Source of the DNA: Haliotis cracherodii
Taxonomy: Eukaryota
Direction of reading: 5' to 3'
Assembly (NCBI RefSeq): GCF_022045235.1
Contig: NW_027266297.1
Span: forward strand, 43,152,001 to 43,216,000
Length of the DNA: 64,000 nt
Every line of letters starts with the position of its first letter. The stretch's first letter is position 1. Under the pieces are notes generated by a model. It was given only the letters and a program-made list of their open reading frames with translations. It did not search any database and had not been told where the DNA came from. Both the position numbers and the translations under genes were made by a program. Below are positions 47,275 through 62,729 of the stretch, piece by piece.

Positions 47275-50200
47275 ACACATGTAAAATAATGTGATAACGT
47301 AACTGTAGGTAAAATATCCTGTTGGTCTGAACCCGTTTTGTTTTTATTTGTTTGGGGTTTTTTGTTTAACGCTGCGCAGCAATATTCCAGCTATATGACG
47401 GCGGTCTGTCAATAATTGGTTGCTGAAAACCTATTCTAACCCGTATCTTCAAGGGTAGGGTTTGAATCCGTACATACATTGCTGTTTAATCCTCAGATGG
47501 TATGTACTTGTCACATATGAACAGTTATGAAAGCAAGAATAGTTTACATAAATTTGCAAGTTTTAGCGAGTTGACTGAAAGCGAAAAATATACTCACTCA
47601 CGTTGTCTCATATACCCCGGTCACACTCGTTTCACACTGTTAAGATTATTGCATGATCAAATACAGTAAATGTAAGACGGCTCAATATCATTACTGCTAA
47701 ACAAACTTAAGAAAACATTGGTGTGAGCACCTCGATTTGAGACAGTAGGCGTTCGCGTACAACGGAAAAGTCCATTGCCATTGAATATGGGACTGTGGTG
47801 GAGTGTGACGCGGTGGAGTGGAGTTCGCGCCATTTTTCGTATTTTGCAAAAATTGTTAAAGGCACATGTGGATATTACCTGTCGATGGTTGTGGTTTATG
47901 AGAAGCATGAATGTTGTAAGAAGCGACTCACGGGATCGGGTGGTCAGGCTCGCTGACTTGGTTAATGCATGTCATCGTATCCCAAATGCGTTGATCATGA
48001 TGTCAGTCACTGGATTGTCTGGTCCAGACTCGGTTATTTACGGACCGCCGTCATATAGCTGGAATATTGCCGAGTGCAGCGTTACACAACAAACAAACAA
48101 ATGTTGGAAGAGAATGCCAGATTGTGGCAGATGTTACACGTCTGCCATATTGTTGAAACCCACAAGCACAGGTAAGGAGCTGGCAAACCTAAAAACGTAA
48201 TCAGACTGACTGCACAACTTATGTACCGAGGCCCAAACCATACCTGGATATTTGAACATATTCTGCCCTGAATCCCAACAAAGGGTTCCTACATGAGTGG
48301 GTGAGTGAGTATGATTTTACGCCGCATTTAGCAATATTCCAGAAATATCACGGCGGGGGTCACGGAAATGGGCTTCACACATTGTACCCATGTCGGGAAT
48401 CGAACCTGGGTCTTCGGCGTGATGAGCGAGCTCTTTAACCACCAGGCTACTCGACCGCCCCAGTTGCCACGAGAAAGGAGTGAACAATCAGTTCATCATG
48501 GTTCACACACATGGGTCCAGACACCACACTTTACCCTATTGAGAACTAGAAATGTCAGGTCCCTTGATTTCATCCAGTGTGGGCAGAAACGCCTAATCCG
48601 CAAATGCAGAATTAAACAGTTGGTCTGGAATGATAAAAACCAATCATGCTGAAACTATTTGGATATGTTTTATCGATGTAAGTGTTGAGTGCAGTTGGTG
48701 CTCGTTTGTGTAGGGGGAGGAGCAAAGATTGCTCATTAAATGAAAACTCATTTGACAATGATGGCAACCAATAACGCATTGCTGCTATTAATGAGTGAGT
48801 GTTGTGTAAGGCAATAGATGAGGAAAGTACAGCTATATGATCACAGCATGTAATGTAATCCTGCCTGGACCAGAGAGAGCTTGTGGGTGAGCAAGTAGTT
48901 TCGCATGGCTATTAGCAATTTTCTAGACAATTCACACCAGAAATGGGCTTCACACATTATGCCAAACGTAACCACTTTCACAGCAATTGAATGTCTGGAT
49001 GGACAGACCAGTGGTTGATTTTGTGAGCTGGATGTCAAGTTAAGATCAGATAAAACTGTCACTGCTGAAATTTCCATAACACCTCCAATGCAATAAATGC
49101 TGCTTTGAACAGTATTCCAGTTATACCAGGTGTGTCAGTTTTATGTGAGAGGAAAGCCCAAAGTGATGCAGGTCTCAGACATTTACCACTTTGGTAAAAC
49201 CCACGAGAACAGGTATGGTGCTGACAAACCTAGAAAATTATTATGGCGAACGGTATTTGAACAAACAGTAATAGGTTTCCAGCGTGACTAAGGGACGCAA
49301 CTCTGCACAATAAAAACAACCAACCATTGGGACCTAGGATTTTTCAAAGGATGGGGCTTCAAAATTTGAAATCTTTACTTCAGTGTGAGTGGGTGTGAAG
49401 GCTCAAATGTCAAATTTTTAACTCACATGTGCATTTAAATAATAAGGTATTTTTGTCATTGGGGTCCAAATGTGATTTTCAAAAGTGGGGAAAACAAACT
49501 GCAACGTCTTCTGCATGACAAGAGAACACTATACAAGACTCAAACAATGACTGGACATAGAAGTGTTCTTTTATTGTGTTAACATACATGGATCTGAAGA
49601 TTAAGAATGATATTGACATAATTACCCTTTTCAGTTGAGTGCTATCATTATGAATAAATAGTAATCAGAAACTATTGTTGGAGGTAGAACTCACCGAAGT
49701 TTACCATTCACTTGACATCAACAAGAAGTACAGGACACATAAGCTGACATATTTGAGTTACATAAACAATCAATTCATATTTACATAATGCCCATTAAGA
49801 ATGCATTTCTTCATAATGTCACAAAAAAACAGGAAAGTGATTCCTATTTAATTTCTACTGTTGGCAATTCAAATACTAGTAATCAGGGCACTGTTGTGAT
49901 GTCTGATCATTAAACTGAGAATGTTTCCATGATGTATTCAAAAAAGGGGCAAAACCAAACTGGCAACAAAGTAAAATCATTCATATATTCATCAGACAAA
50001 TACATGCACTTTATACTATTGAAAGTATTACAAAGGTAAGAGGGAGAAGGTTGGCTTTGACATCTCAAGTATTTCCCTCATATCATGTCAGCTTGATGTG
50101 GGCGGAAAGTCTGAAGCGATGCAGTATGTCGACACTTTGATGATACCCAACAGCCTGGGTGTGGTGCTGACAAACCAAGGGTCATTATCAGGGCAAATCT

Positions 50201-51554
50201 AGGATTCAAACCCATGGTCAGGAGATCCTAGCATTGCTAAGGGAGACAACTCTGTACAGACCACAGTCATCCAAATGGCCGTAGTAGTGAACCACCACAT
50301 TAAATAAATATATGTACATGTACCATGCAAGGTGACAATTACTGCTTAACTTCTGAAGAGATGTAGTAGAATATCTTTTCTCATGGCATATATGCTTGTC
50401 ATTAATTTAATTGCAGTCATACCAAATTTGCACCTCAGGCTATTGAAACACAAACTCTTTAGATGCAAGAAAAGTCTCCGAGTAACTGAAATGAACATAC
50501 TATAAATGTTCAATCACATGAAAAAACATACAGGATAGAATTTTACCAAACGAATATTTGTAAAACCTTTCATTCATTCACACAGGCTTCACGTACCATA
50601 CTTAGGTTAATACACAGTACAGAAAACACCCACAAACTACAGCCTGACAACACGGCTACACCTGTAGAGAACCACTCCTCAGTTGTCAGGGAAATCCTGG
50701 TCCTGTTTATTACCCTCAGTTACCCAGGGAATTATTTCTCTATTCTATTACGATAAATACCCTGCATCAATTCATGACCATAGTTTCATTTGGGAAGTGA
50801 TGTCACTATATCAATCTCTCTTATCATAACTTCCCACAGAATTTACATGAGTGTAACTGATTAGATGCTTTAAAATGCAAATAAAATCGGACTCAGAACG
50901 AAGCAATAACAGCACCAATGTCAAGGGTGTTAAATATAATAGAATAGAGATCAAATACCCTGGCTAATGAAGAATGTCTCTCCGAGCTATCTCTCTTGTC
51001 TCTACCTTGGATAACATCTCTGGCACATGACCTCGAAGTCAACAACCAATCAAAACGTCTTGTCTGAAGTTCCCAGTTGAAATTGAGACATATTGGAGAT
51101 TTCATACACTGGATAGACAAGGATGCTGTTTAGGATGGGATCCTTGCCATAACTCTACACCAGTTTAAAGAAAACTTAAAGGCAGTCAAGATACTTAATT
51201 AAAGTACAAACATTATCATAATCATAGACTGTATGGTTGCCATGGTTGTGCTCCTATTTAACAAAAATTTCATCATAACTTGAGTTAGCAAATAGGGCTT
51301 TACCTTGCTTTAAGCAAAATTGCAACACTAACAAGATCAGGTGCACACAATAGGGTTGTAACCAACTTGGGACAATTCCCTGTTTGTTTTGGCATAAGAG
51401 AACAATATAATTTTTGCAAAAGAATAAAAATACCTATAAAAAAAAAACAATTTGCAAAATGTTTTATGAAAAAATATAACGAATGCAAACTCATATTTGA
51501 TGCCAAAGTCTACTTGTTTGAATACTTCCTGTTGCCAGCAGAAACGGACCACAG

Positions 51555-52004
51555 CAATCTCATTAAAAGCAAATCTTTTACTCTGACACTGTACCTGTGT
51601 GTGAAGATCTGACAACCCCACCATTAAAGGGCTCATCAGGTGAACCTTGAGTGAAATTTGACTACCCATTCTAAATGAAAGATGCATTGCTTCTTGAGCC
51701 GAACAGATGTCAGCTTTCTAAACTGATTCAACTTCCATCTCTTCACCACCTTGATTTGGAAATTTTTATTTTTAACAAAAGAAAGCAAACACAGACCACA
51801 AATATTCCTTTGATGGTACTCAGTTTTGGGTGTTTGGGTCTTCTTTTATTTACATTCTGAACTGGTTATTTAAGTTCATTTACTTGATACACAAATCAGA
51901 TATACTGCCCTGAGAAAGTTGACCTGACCTTCTGTGGAAGGGTTGTCAGATCATCACACAGAGAGGTACTGTATTGGAATAAAGGTCTGATTGTAATGAG
52001 ATGG
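51555..52004. mobile_element. Old inverted-repeat element just downstream of the ASNA1 stop codon
   Basis: CAATCTCATTAAAAGCAAA...GTACCTGTGTGTGAAGATCTGACAACCC pairs imperfectly with GGGTTGTCAGATCATCACACAGAGAGGTAC...TCTGATTGTAATGAGAT. The termini resemble those of the 10808 MITE. Confidence 0.55.
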
Positions 52005-52076
52005 TGATCACGGCAGTTATTTGTTACACAGATGAAGGAGGGTCCTCTCGTCCAGGTGACAAGGGCCAGGAGGTCG

Positions 52077-55000
52077 TTAGTCCGGGGAATAGGGCTCCAT
52101 CAAGTGTTTGGAGAAAGATTTGATCTTGTCCACACCACGGACCTCTGCATCTAGCAGGGGCAGTTTCGTAATATGAAAGTCTTCATACAAGTCAGATATC
52201 TGGAAATGTGGAAAAATTATACATAAAATGGTTTGAAAAATATGTTCTTTTTACTTTTTTTAAATGTTTTGTCTGCTGACTAAAGGACAAACTTTAAAGA
52301 AGTTTGTTTGTTTGTTGTTTAATGTCACATACAGCAATATTGCAGCTATATGATGGCGGTCTGTAATTAACATGAGTCTGGACCAGACAATCCAGCGATC
52401 AGTGAGCCTGACCACCTGATCCCGTTAGTCGCCTCTTACAAGCATAGTCGCCTTTTACAGCAAGAATGGGTTGAAGTCCAATTCAACCCCGGTTCTTTAC
52501 GGGTATAAATTGAAGTGACTTAATGTTGACTTGCACCCAATCAGTAATTTTAAATCCTAATTAACCCATCTGTTTCTGGCCACATATCCCAGTTGGGGAG
52601 TTAGGTGGTGAGTTTATGATATCTCATCTTGACCATAAAATGATTACGGACGGACACAAAGACATGCTAGTTTAGGAGGGTTTCAGTAAAAGCCTTTTGC
52701 AGAGCCATCATTTTGAGTCACTAGTGGTTAATGGTCTAAGGATGATGAAAGCAAGGGCAGGATAACACCCTTTCATTCAGAGAATTGTAACTAATGGATC
52801 CTCACTTTTGATGGCTCTTACAACAAGCATGGGGTACTGAGGAACTTCTCTACCCACACATCCCAACAAGCATATTCATTCTAGGTCCAGCATTTACCTG
52901 GTCCAGATACTTGGCCTGTATCTTCTGCCTAGCTCTGCAGAGATTGCACGGCTCTTCCCCTTTCTTTGCCATGTGAAGCTGGTTGACGATGATGTTGTGA
53001 GTGTCGATCTGGTACTGAGTCAGCTCTTGGACCAGTCTCTCTGTCTCGTACAGAGACAGAAACTCAGCGATGCACACACACACGAATGTTGTCTGGTCCT
53101 GAGGTCAGAGGTCATGATTAGAATAGCATTTATAATAGACTAACATCATTTATAGGCAATGATTAATGAAAAACAACAGAGAAAAGCTGTCTTATACTGT
53201 GATTAATGGTCTAAGAATGTTGTTTTCTTGTCACAAAGAAAATATAACATTCTGGGCTAAGCCTGAGAAGTAACTCTTTGGTTAACAGATGCCTTTGATT
53301 CACATATGACCAGGACTCGGTTGTATGAAAATTTAATGAACTTATAGGATCATTTAACCCTAACAGTCAAGGCTGTCATTTTCAAGGCTTTTCTTGTTGG
53401 GTTATTAGACTGTCTGTCAATATTTTTTTTAAATCCAGCATACTATATTAGTCGTAAGAACAAAGACACACTACGAAAATCACAAATTTTCCAACAAGAT
53501 TTATTTAACCAACAAATAAATAAATTGTAATGCTTTCATAAACAAGTATATGTCATTTTGCACAAGTTCAAGGCTTTTCAAGATATTTTGGTGATTTTCA
53601 AGGCTTTTCAAGGTTGACACAAAAGATCAAGGCTTTTCAATAGGGACCTTAAAATTCAAGGCCTTTTCAAACCTACAGAACTTTGTATAATGACAAATTA
53701 ATGGTGTCCTCAATCCTCCATAACCTAATGGCCCATTAACATACTGATGGTGTCATGAAAAGTTTGATAAAACAGAATTCAAAGGCACATTAATTCATGG
53801 AAGCATAGTGACACCGTAATGAATAATTAATGTTTGATACAACCGGTCCTGTGCCAAAAGAATCTGTCGATGGTTGGATATCCACTAATGTAAAATACCA
53901 TTGCCGTGTATCAAAGAGAAAACACACTTGCGGAATAATTTGTCGCTAAATTCTAACAAAATCTCAAAGTAGCCCATGGGGAGATTGCTAATATATGTGA
54001 ACTACACTTACCGCATTCCTGAACTGTTCGTTGACCTGTCTGATGGTCACCAGCATGTCGTCAAACTTCTGGGACATCTGATCAGCATTCAAGTCTTGCA
54101 TCCCCAACATGCCTGCCATCTGCAAACACAGCATCATTTACCAGTCAAGTCCAGACTTGAGGTAAAATGAAGGATCATCTGTTGGACACTTACAGCTGAA
54201 AATAAATTATTGGTACTCTACCCTGAAATTGGGAAGTACTTGATTCTGATTGGTCAATCTGAAGTATCAAATCAGAATAACCATCTCTGTTTGAAACATC
54301 AGAATTGTCCCCGTCATAGATAATATCAACAGAAAATGTTTCTTTCACAGTCATTCACTGCTTGCACACATCAAAATGGACATACATTTTTTTTTCTAAC
54401 TTTATGTATTTTTCAGAAAGTTGTTTTGGTCACTCGATTTAGTGGTGAGAAAAAGCTTTGCAGTCTTCATAAGAATATATATACAATGCATTAGTTAACT
54501 TATTATTCAAAATTGTAACTTTTCCTTGATTTTTGTTGTTATATATATCTATGTTTCTCATGCATCAAATTAAGAGTTGGCGAGTAAATGAGAATAAACT
54601 TTAACTATTTTTATGTGATTTTATTTGTGATACCTACCTTAAATGTGAAGCTGTGCTGGGGCACTTTAGCAGTCATAGAGTGAGTGAGTGAGTATTGTTT
54701 TACGCCACTTTTAGCAATATTCCAGCAATATCACTGCGGGGGGACACCAGAAATGGGCTTCACACATTGTGCGAACGCTTTAACCACTAGGCTACCCGAC
54801 TGCCCCTTAGCAGTCCTAGAAAGATTCCTTCAAATTGTTCAAGCACCACTCACTTTGCCTGGTGGCCCACGTGTTATGATGTTTAACATTCAAACTCTTA
54901 ATGCTTACCCTAGTCATAAAGAGACAATTTCTGAGTTTCACAAAAGGCACTAATTCCAATGTCGGGAGACATGGCAGACCAAGAGTAAACTGTAACACTC

Positions 55001-58000
55001 ACTGAAGAGCAGAGACCCTCTTTAAGAGATACATGTACTAACTTGTTAGTAGATGGAAGAAATCTTCCATGAATACTGTAGCCTCTACAAAAGTACCAAT
55101 TAAGTGTTGGCCTACAATCCAAGTCCATTATTATGCATAATCGAAATGAAAAGGCTGCAGTGCTCCTGATAATGTGCAGTACTGGTCATTATCAGAACTA
55201 ACAAGTACCATACATCTTTTTTCAAAATAATAAATATCTTACTACTCATTCAAAGACCATCATTCAAAGACCTCGTGCTGTACCTTAATATAACCAAGAC
55301 GAGAGAACTCGAGTGTGTTATTAGCCAATGGCAGTTCAGGATTGGGAGAAAATCAATTTGATGCTGACATGAAATAAGAGGAAGAGGATTTAAGAGGAAG
55401 GTAATGCCTGGTATGGTATGATAAAAAATTATCATGAAAGTGTATAGTGTTGTTTTGACACGGTTGTAATTTGTTTGAATGCATCATATACTAAGTGTGA
55501 CTTGCAGACTGACTTTACAAAGTTACCCAGTGCCTGTACCTACTTATTTCATCTCAAAACATTAATTGTTTGCAGTAATCAAGCTGATAATGGTGACAAT
55601 TGCAAAAGTTTAACCTTTTGTTAAGAGAGATTTACACTGAAACCTTTCAAATTTAATAAGAGTGTGAGCATGGTGAGTGAGTGAGCTTGCTTTGATGCTA
55701 CTTTGAATAGTATTTCATTCACATCACAGTGTGTCAGCTTAATGTGGGAGGAAAGCCTGAAATGAACCATGGGCATTGTGCTGACAAGCAGGAAATATAA
55801 TCAGGGTGCATCAGGATTCAAATCCAAGATCATAGTTTTCCGACTTGCCTAAGGGACGCAACCCTGTACAGCAAACTGCAGCACCTTAGTTTACTGGGAC
55901 ATCCGTTCGCCCATATAAATATATGTGTGTGTGTGTAGTAGGTTGAGATAAAAGCAACTTACCTGGGAAATAAAAGGGCTGATTTGGTTTTTGAGGCGGA
56001 GCAGTTTCCCAAGACCCTTCTCTATAACAGTTGGGAATGACAGGAGACGAAGCGTGTGGCCGGTCGGGGCAGTGTCAAACACTACCACTGAGAAATTCAT
56101 ATTCTTTACAAGCCTGTGTGGTAGAAACAGACACATAGTTGAAAAGCAAAGCCATGTCACCATTGAAGATATTTTACTTTTAAACTGTAATCCATTCCTT
56201 TTTTAAATTGTAAATGCACTTGCACAATTCAATCACAAGTGTAGTCCACATATATGATGTTGTGGCAAAATTGGCCTACAATATCATTTGACGGACTGCT
56301 GACACAAATACGGTTTGTTTACTTGTACTATGCAGTCAATGCTGGTTGTCAGGCTGCACACTCCAGCATGACAACACCTTCTGCCTTCAGCAGAAAACGG
56401 AACACATCCAACATCTGAGTAGCTCAGTCCTTCACACAATAAGCAAGGCCAATTTGTTTTTCTTGACTTTTCTACAACCTCTCTATATTTTAAGAACTGA
56501 AATAGACAAAATATTTCCTAGTTTTGCTTGAAAATGTGCTCATTTGAAACATCTCCTTCTTGGTATTCTTCCTATTAACGGTACATATATTTGGAGGCAG
56601 AACATTTTTTATATGGCTTACCTCCTGTAAAGACTGACAAAAGATAAACAAAGTGAAAAGAAACAATACTGGCCTTGCCTAGAATTAACATAGGGACTGA
56701 CCCATCAACAATATTCTAAAAGTCAAAGATGTCAGGTCCTTCATTCAAAACATTCACACACTTCAAAAAAAAAAACCAAAAGAATCCATAGATGTGTAGA
56801 TACCTTTTTTTCAATTGAAGGGTGTCTGACTGTCAATACTGCTTTGATATTTTATTATTTTATTCAATGATATTAGTACATATGGTACGTGGGAACCTAC
56901 ATTTTCCTCAGAAGATTTATAATTGGTGATGGTGTTCTTTGCAAAATGAATGAGAGGGACTTTCCCAACTTTGACTTGTATTGCAGCTTCACACTTAAGA
57001 TGGACATTGTACACATGTTGGAGAACGAACCCAGTTCTTTGATGTCAAAAGTGAACACTTTAACCCCCACCCACCCTTGCCTGTATCTACTGTTGTTCAA
57101 GACTAACCTCATCACTTCAGCAAAGCTCATAGCTTCATCAATACCAGGGAAAGCTCCAAGCAACTCTTGTACCATATTCTTCCCCATGTTCATCATGTCG
57201 GCTGAAACACAGATGTGGCATTCATCCTCCATTCTATCAGGATATAAAACCTGGACCCACAGCCTCCATAGCTTTATATTAGGAAGTGACAGCATTCCCA
57301 GCTGTATTAGGCACAATCAATAATGCAATAAAGATACCAGTAATGCAATAAGGATACCAGTAATTCAATATGAGTAACCAATAATGAAACAAGGATACCA
57401 ATAATGCAACAAGGATACCAGTAATGCATTAAGGATACCAGTAATGCAAAAGGAATACCAGTAATGCAACGAGGATACCAGTAATGCAATATGAGTACCA
57501 ATAATGCAACAAGGATACCAGTAATGCAATAAGGATGCCAGTCATGCAACAAGGTTACAGTAACGCAATAAGGATACCAGTAATGCAATATGTGTACCAG
57601 TAATGCAACGAGGATACCAGTAATGCAATAAGGATACCAGTAATTCAATAAGGAGAGAAAGAATAGTATCATCTGATGGTATTATTAACTTTGTGTCCTT
57701 CACAAAACGTTAACGGTTCCATCGAAACAAAGCAACACTGACACATGGGTTCCGGGTATTTATTATAATAGAATGCAGATATAATGCACTGGATAATCAA
57801 GGATGATTCCTATCATACAACATCACCAACCTGTACAAGACAGTTATCACTACAGCATTGTGTCTAAGCTGTTTCTTATTTGTTAAGCATGTCATCGTAT
57901 CCCAATTATGTAGATCGACGCTCATGATGTCAATCGCTGGATTGTCTGTTCAAGACTCGATTATTTACAGATTGCTGTCATATAGGTGGAATACTGTTGA

Positions 58001-61000
58001 GTGCGGCGTTAAACAACAAAAAATCATTAATCATCAATCAATTCTTGTTTACTCACTGTTTAACACCGCTCAAAGCAATATTCAACCTATATGACAACAC
58101 TCTGTAAATTATCAAGTCTGGACCAGACAATCTGGTGATTGACATCAATCAAGTCATCAAGCCAGACCATCCCATCTAACTTGCTGGGCACTATTATTCT
58201 CATCCGGAATCCTCTCAGGTGTTGTTTCTAAGTTATGCTGCATAAAACGGATGCATCTTCCCAAGGCAAGGGACTGGACTTTTATAGTCAGTTAACTACC
58301 TTGCCTTAGGAGGGTGGGTCAGATGGCCACAGCCTCATTGTGGTGGGAAAAAACCATAGAAAGTTATTCTTCTGACAGACTATACATATGCACAGTATAC
58401 CTTATATAATTTTATGTGACATTTGGATCTTACCTTGTTCAAAATATTCATCTGGCAACTCAGAGAAACCCAGATTTGGGTCAATTTCCTGGAAAAGATG
58501 ATAGAAAGATTAAGAACCACAGATAATAAATTACAGGATCTACGATGAACATGTATCTAAATATTTTTACATATTAATACTGTTTATGCATCTTAATTCC
58601 TGTCAGTATATATTCAATAAAAACAAAGGCCATTGATGTTTAGTGAGTGAGTATTGGTCTTAGGCCGCTTTGAGCAATATTGCACAACTTGCTGGAGAAC
58701 ACTAGTCAAGGGCTTCACACATTAGACACAGGTAGTGAATTGAAACAGGGTCTTCTGCGTTACAAGCAAATGCTTGAACCACTAGACTATACAACTCCAC
58801 TAGGAGTTACAACATCATTAAACAGCACGACATAGATGCTGTTGTATCAATGAGCCAGTATGGTTTTACGCCGCTTTTAGCAATATTCCAGCAATATCAT
58901 GGCAGGGGACACCAGCAATGGGATTAACACATTGTACCTATGTGGGGAATCTGACATGTATTCACACATTTATACTCGGGAGTATGAACGCTCGTGTGCC
59001 ATGCCAAACACAACAGAACATGGAAGGAAGCCACCATAGTTTACTCAGACATTGCATCCATACATGACGTCATCATATGACGTAACGAGATATGTGTACC
59101 TTGGATATTGCGGGAAACTGTATCACACAAGATGTAAACTACATGGAGAATACACCATAGAATCGAAATTGGGCCGTCAGCATGATAAGTGAAAAAGTGA
59201 CAAAGGATTGAATTCAGTGCTTGAAATGATACTACTATCTGTACTAAAACATTGCATTGAAAGAATAAGAAAGACATAAGTTAATCCTGTCTTCAACAAT
59301 CAACATAGTTACAATAAGATATGTTCATGATCATGATGATGCCCATGTATTATCATGTAAGTATATGGTCAAATGAGTTGTGGTATCAGTATTGTGATGC
59401 AGCAAACTGTGGCTCCTTACACAACTGGGCCCGGCCTGAACCTGAACATTATGGTCAACAGAGACACAACACTATGCCGTGCTATTCCAATACATGTATG
59501 CCCACAGATGTATGTTTCACAGATGTATTCCAGCTTTTCCCTACAAGGTCGGTCGAAATAAAAATAAATAGCAATGTCAATCATTTATTTATTATAAGAA
59601 AGTAATTCTGCTGTGGAGCTAAAACTGTAGCAGGCCTCTTGAATTACGGATATTGATGAAGACATAGAATTTATACATAACATTTTGTATTGTATAAGAG
59701 GGTCTATATTAGCAGCAGGAGACATAATAAAAATAAACATCTTTATGTTTAATTTATTCCTTTTCCAGCTGCTTTTCAGTAGGGACGGCAGGCCCTTGAC
59801 ATGAAGAATTAAATATGTGTTGCCTAATATAGAATCACAAACAGTATTGCAAGGTATGTTGTGTAGTTCTTGCTTCTGTGAAAACCAAGGCAGCATATGT
59901 CCCCAGAACCTGTAACTCAAGTTTGGGACTGGAAGGTAACAGTGTGTGACCCAACTTTGGTCATGACTATCATCCTACCACAACTGTTGCTCATGGTGTC
60001 AACCATTGGTTTGTCTAGACCAGGTCATCTTCCTGAGGCAAGAGCATCCACGAGCCAATTTATCAAAGTCTAGTTTCCACTCTTGCCACATCAAGCACAC
60101 CTTCCTGTGCTAAATATGATTGGACTTTATCAATAGTCCAATCAGAGAGTTTCATAAAATCGACATCAGTATTCCGTCAACATATGGCATGTCATATGGC
60201 ATGTGCATTTTGTGCAGAAGTTCTTTCAACATTTAAGCAAAGATAAGTATTTTCTAAGTCTTCAAAATTTAATCCAATTCGCCCAAGTACTGTGCTTGTA
60301 AGCGGTCGTTAAACAATCATTAAACACGACAGGTACACATTCGTATGACAGTGATTTACCTGCCTGACTTTGTTGACTCGAATATTTCTTTTAACTCTTT
60401 ATCTTTTAAACCCCTCAAGGAATGCCCTTGTTTGTCTGTCACGGATGAAACAGCGAATGTTTTCATAATGTAGTACAAAACCTGGACTTACCATGGCATA
60501 GAGATTAGGAAATCCCTGCACAAGAGTTGGAACCTTTGAGAACTTCTGGTTAAATGCATCAGAAATGTTATGAGCAGGATCTGTTGAGATCATGAGAACA
60601 GTCTCTCTTTTCTTGGCCAACTGAACAGCAAGACTGCAGCTGTAACACACAACACAGCATAATTTCATCACAGATTGTAAAATGTATGGGAATATGTGCT
60701 GCAATCTGGTTCCAAAACTTTGTTAAGGGACAGGACATCTAGCATTCTGAAGATTTGTCTGTAAACAATAGCTGATACCATGGATACCCACCGAGCTTAC
60801 TCAGCTCTGCTCTCCTTAATCACCGTCAGAATGTTTAGTTTCCATGACCACCATGACGAGTAAGGCTTGTCATGTGACCTGACTTTTCTCTAGTTAATAA
60901 ACATACGCAACTATTATGAAAAAACAACAAACGGGCCAAATGCAATCCTTTTGGTGCGCTTTACATATTGTTTTGCATTATTATACAGATACACAGATAC

Positions 61001-62729
61001 AACTGTGACAGTGAGGTGCATGACAATATGCCTGTACACATCAAAGTGACTGTATTGCTAGCATGAAAGTTATGTTCATAAAGATGTGTTGACTCGTCCA
61101 AAATGAAAGAGATGAAAAACACATAAAGTGAACTGTGTAAGATGTGACTGAGGTACTAGGCTGGCCATAAGGAACTCTGTGTAGGAGAGTGATTGGCTTC
61201 ATAAGACCAAGGCATATTTTTATTGTAATCTATGTTTTGATAAACACTGGTTTCTAATCTAATGAAGCTGACAATCGGTATTTTGTAATTCATCCGTAAG
61301 AAAAACAAACAAGCTTTACTTCAATTTGCTTCTTGTAAAAAACATCTGAAACCAGTTACTCTGTTCAGTGCTTGCGCTGTGCGGAGCTCTATTGTTTGGG
61401 TTGAATCATGTGACACTCAGAAATCATGTCATGCATGATTATAAAACACACAGAACCACCGATGTACTATCCCTTCAAATGGGATTGGATCTTGAACATC
61501 TTCGCATGTATAGAACCGATATACCTGTTGATGGTTGAATAGCGTAGCAATGTACCACAATGAATATCAACATAGTGGGCAAATTGGGAAGTGTTGTAAG
61601 GTTCATATATTTGTACATTTAGCACATTAAGAGGTATTCTAACATTGCATTCAATGCAGTAATGTGAAACCAAGTATGAAAAGCTATAAAATATTAAGTT
61701 AAAAGTTATAACAGTCTGAATTTGGATATCTTTAACTGGAATTTGGAAACTTTTACCAACAGTAAGATGATTTACTGCCACTCTCATGTCTGCCTCTGAA
61801 AATGCAAAGACAAATCCCTGTTCGGCATCTAATTTTAGAGTCATGACAGTTGAAACAGACCAAAGGTGGGGTGGCGAACTGTCCAAGGTATATACCAAAA
61901 TGGAATTGAGATATGAGACACTAAGTCTTGACCATCTAGAATGTACTAGGGCTGGGACGGGTAGCTCGGGTAGGACCCACAGTACTACCCGGGCACGTAG
62001 TTACGTGATATATTATAATATTTAATTACAAAAACCCACTACAGCTCAGTGGTTATGCTACAAGCCGCTAATGTTCGCATTTCTTTCTGACAATGCACAC
62101 ATTCCTTTTGACTTGTATATGTTTGAGTAAGGATAACGCTCCAGTCAACTTCAGTGTACGCATGATCTGATCGTTTGGTACATGTATCAAAATAGTTTTT
62201 GCCTGGGCTGCGGTAAAAGAATTCACAATCAGACTCTTGAGACCTACAGTGGGTATCCGGGTAGGGTCGGGTAAAAGGGGGTCGTGTACCCGGGTGGTAA
62301 ATTTGGACTCGTCCCAGCCCTAGTATGTAGCCCTAGCCGGTGGGTGTGGATGGTCTCGAGGAATGAAGCGCTCATAAAATTAAGTTTACGTGTAAACATA
62401 TCAACATTTGATGCCTGATTTTAAGAGCCTTCTCTAAGATGTCTTAGTAAGACCATGGCTTTTACATGAATTCCGAAAAGCAGTTGGGGACAGATCAGCC
62501 AAAAAAATATCAGCGAGTCAAAAACCATGACGTGTGACTAGGCTAAATGACTTGCACGTTGAGCTTCCGATAGATGGATCTCTCTCCTTGTTGGTTATTA
62601 CCTGGTAGTGGTTTTCCCTACTCCACCTTTTCCACCGACAAAGACCCATTTCAAAGATGTTTGCTCTACTATATTCTTCAAAGATGGTTCATAAGTAAGA
62701 TCCTCGTCTGGATCTATGGATGCAGCCAT
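52077..62729 (-). CDS. ASNA1: ATPase GET3/ASNA1 (TRC40, tail-anchored protein targeting factor), complete, 8 exons, 335 aa
   Basis: Exons 62602-62729, 60492-60639, 58434-58488, 57108-57201, 55963-56113, 54012-54119, 52898-53098 and 52077-52199 are all GT-AG and in phase (1008 nt). Motifs [74 protein letters not shown]. Confidence 0.97.
57321..57650. repeat. 20-bp intronic tandem repeat TAATGCAATAAGGATACCAG, about 16 copies
   Basis: Direct tandem repetition. Confidence 0.9.
61947..62322. mobile_element. hAT-like MITE in ASNA1 intron 1
   Basis: TIRs TAGGGCTGGGACG and CGTCCCAGCCCTA, subterminal TACCCG repeats, imperfect 8-bp flanks GAATGTAC / GTATGTAG. Confidence 0.7.
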
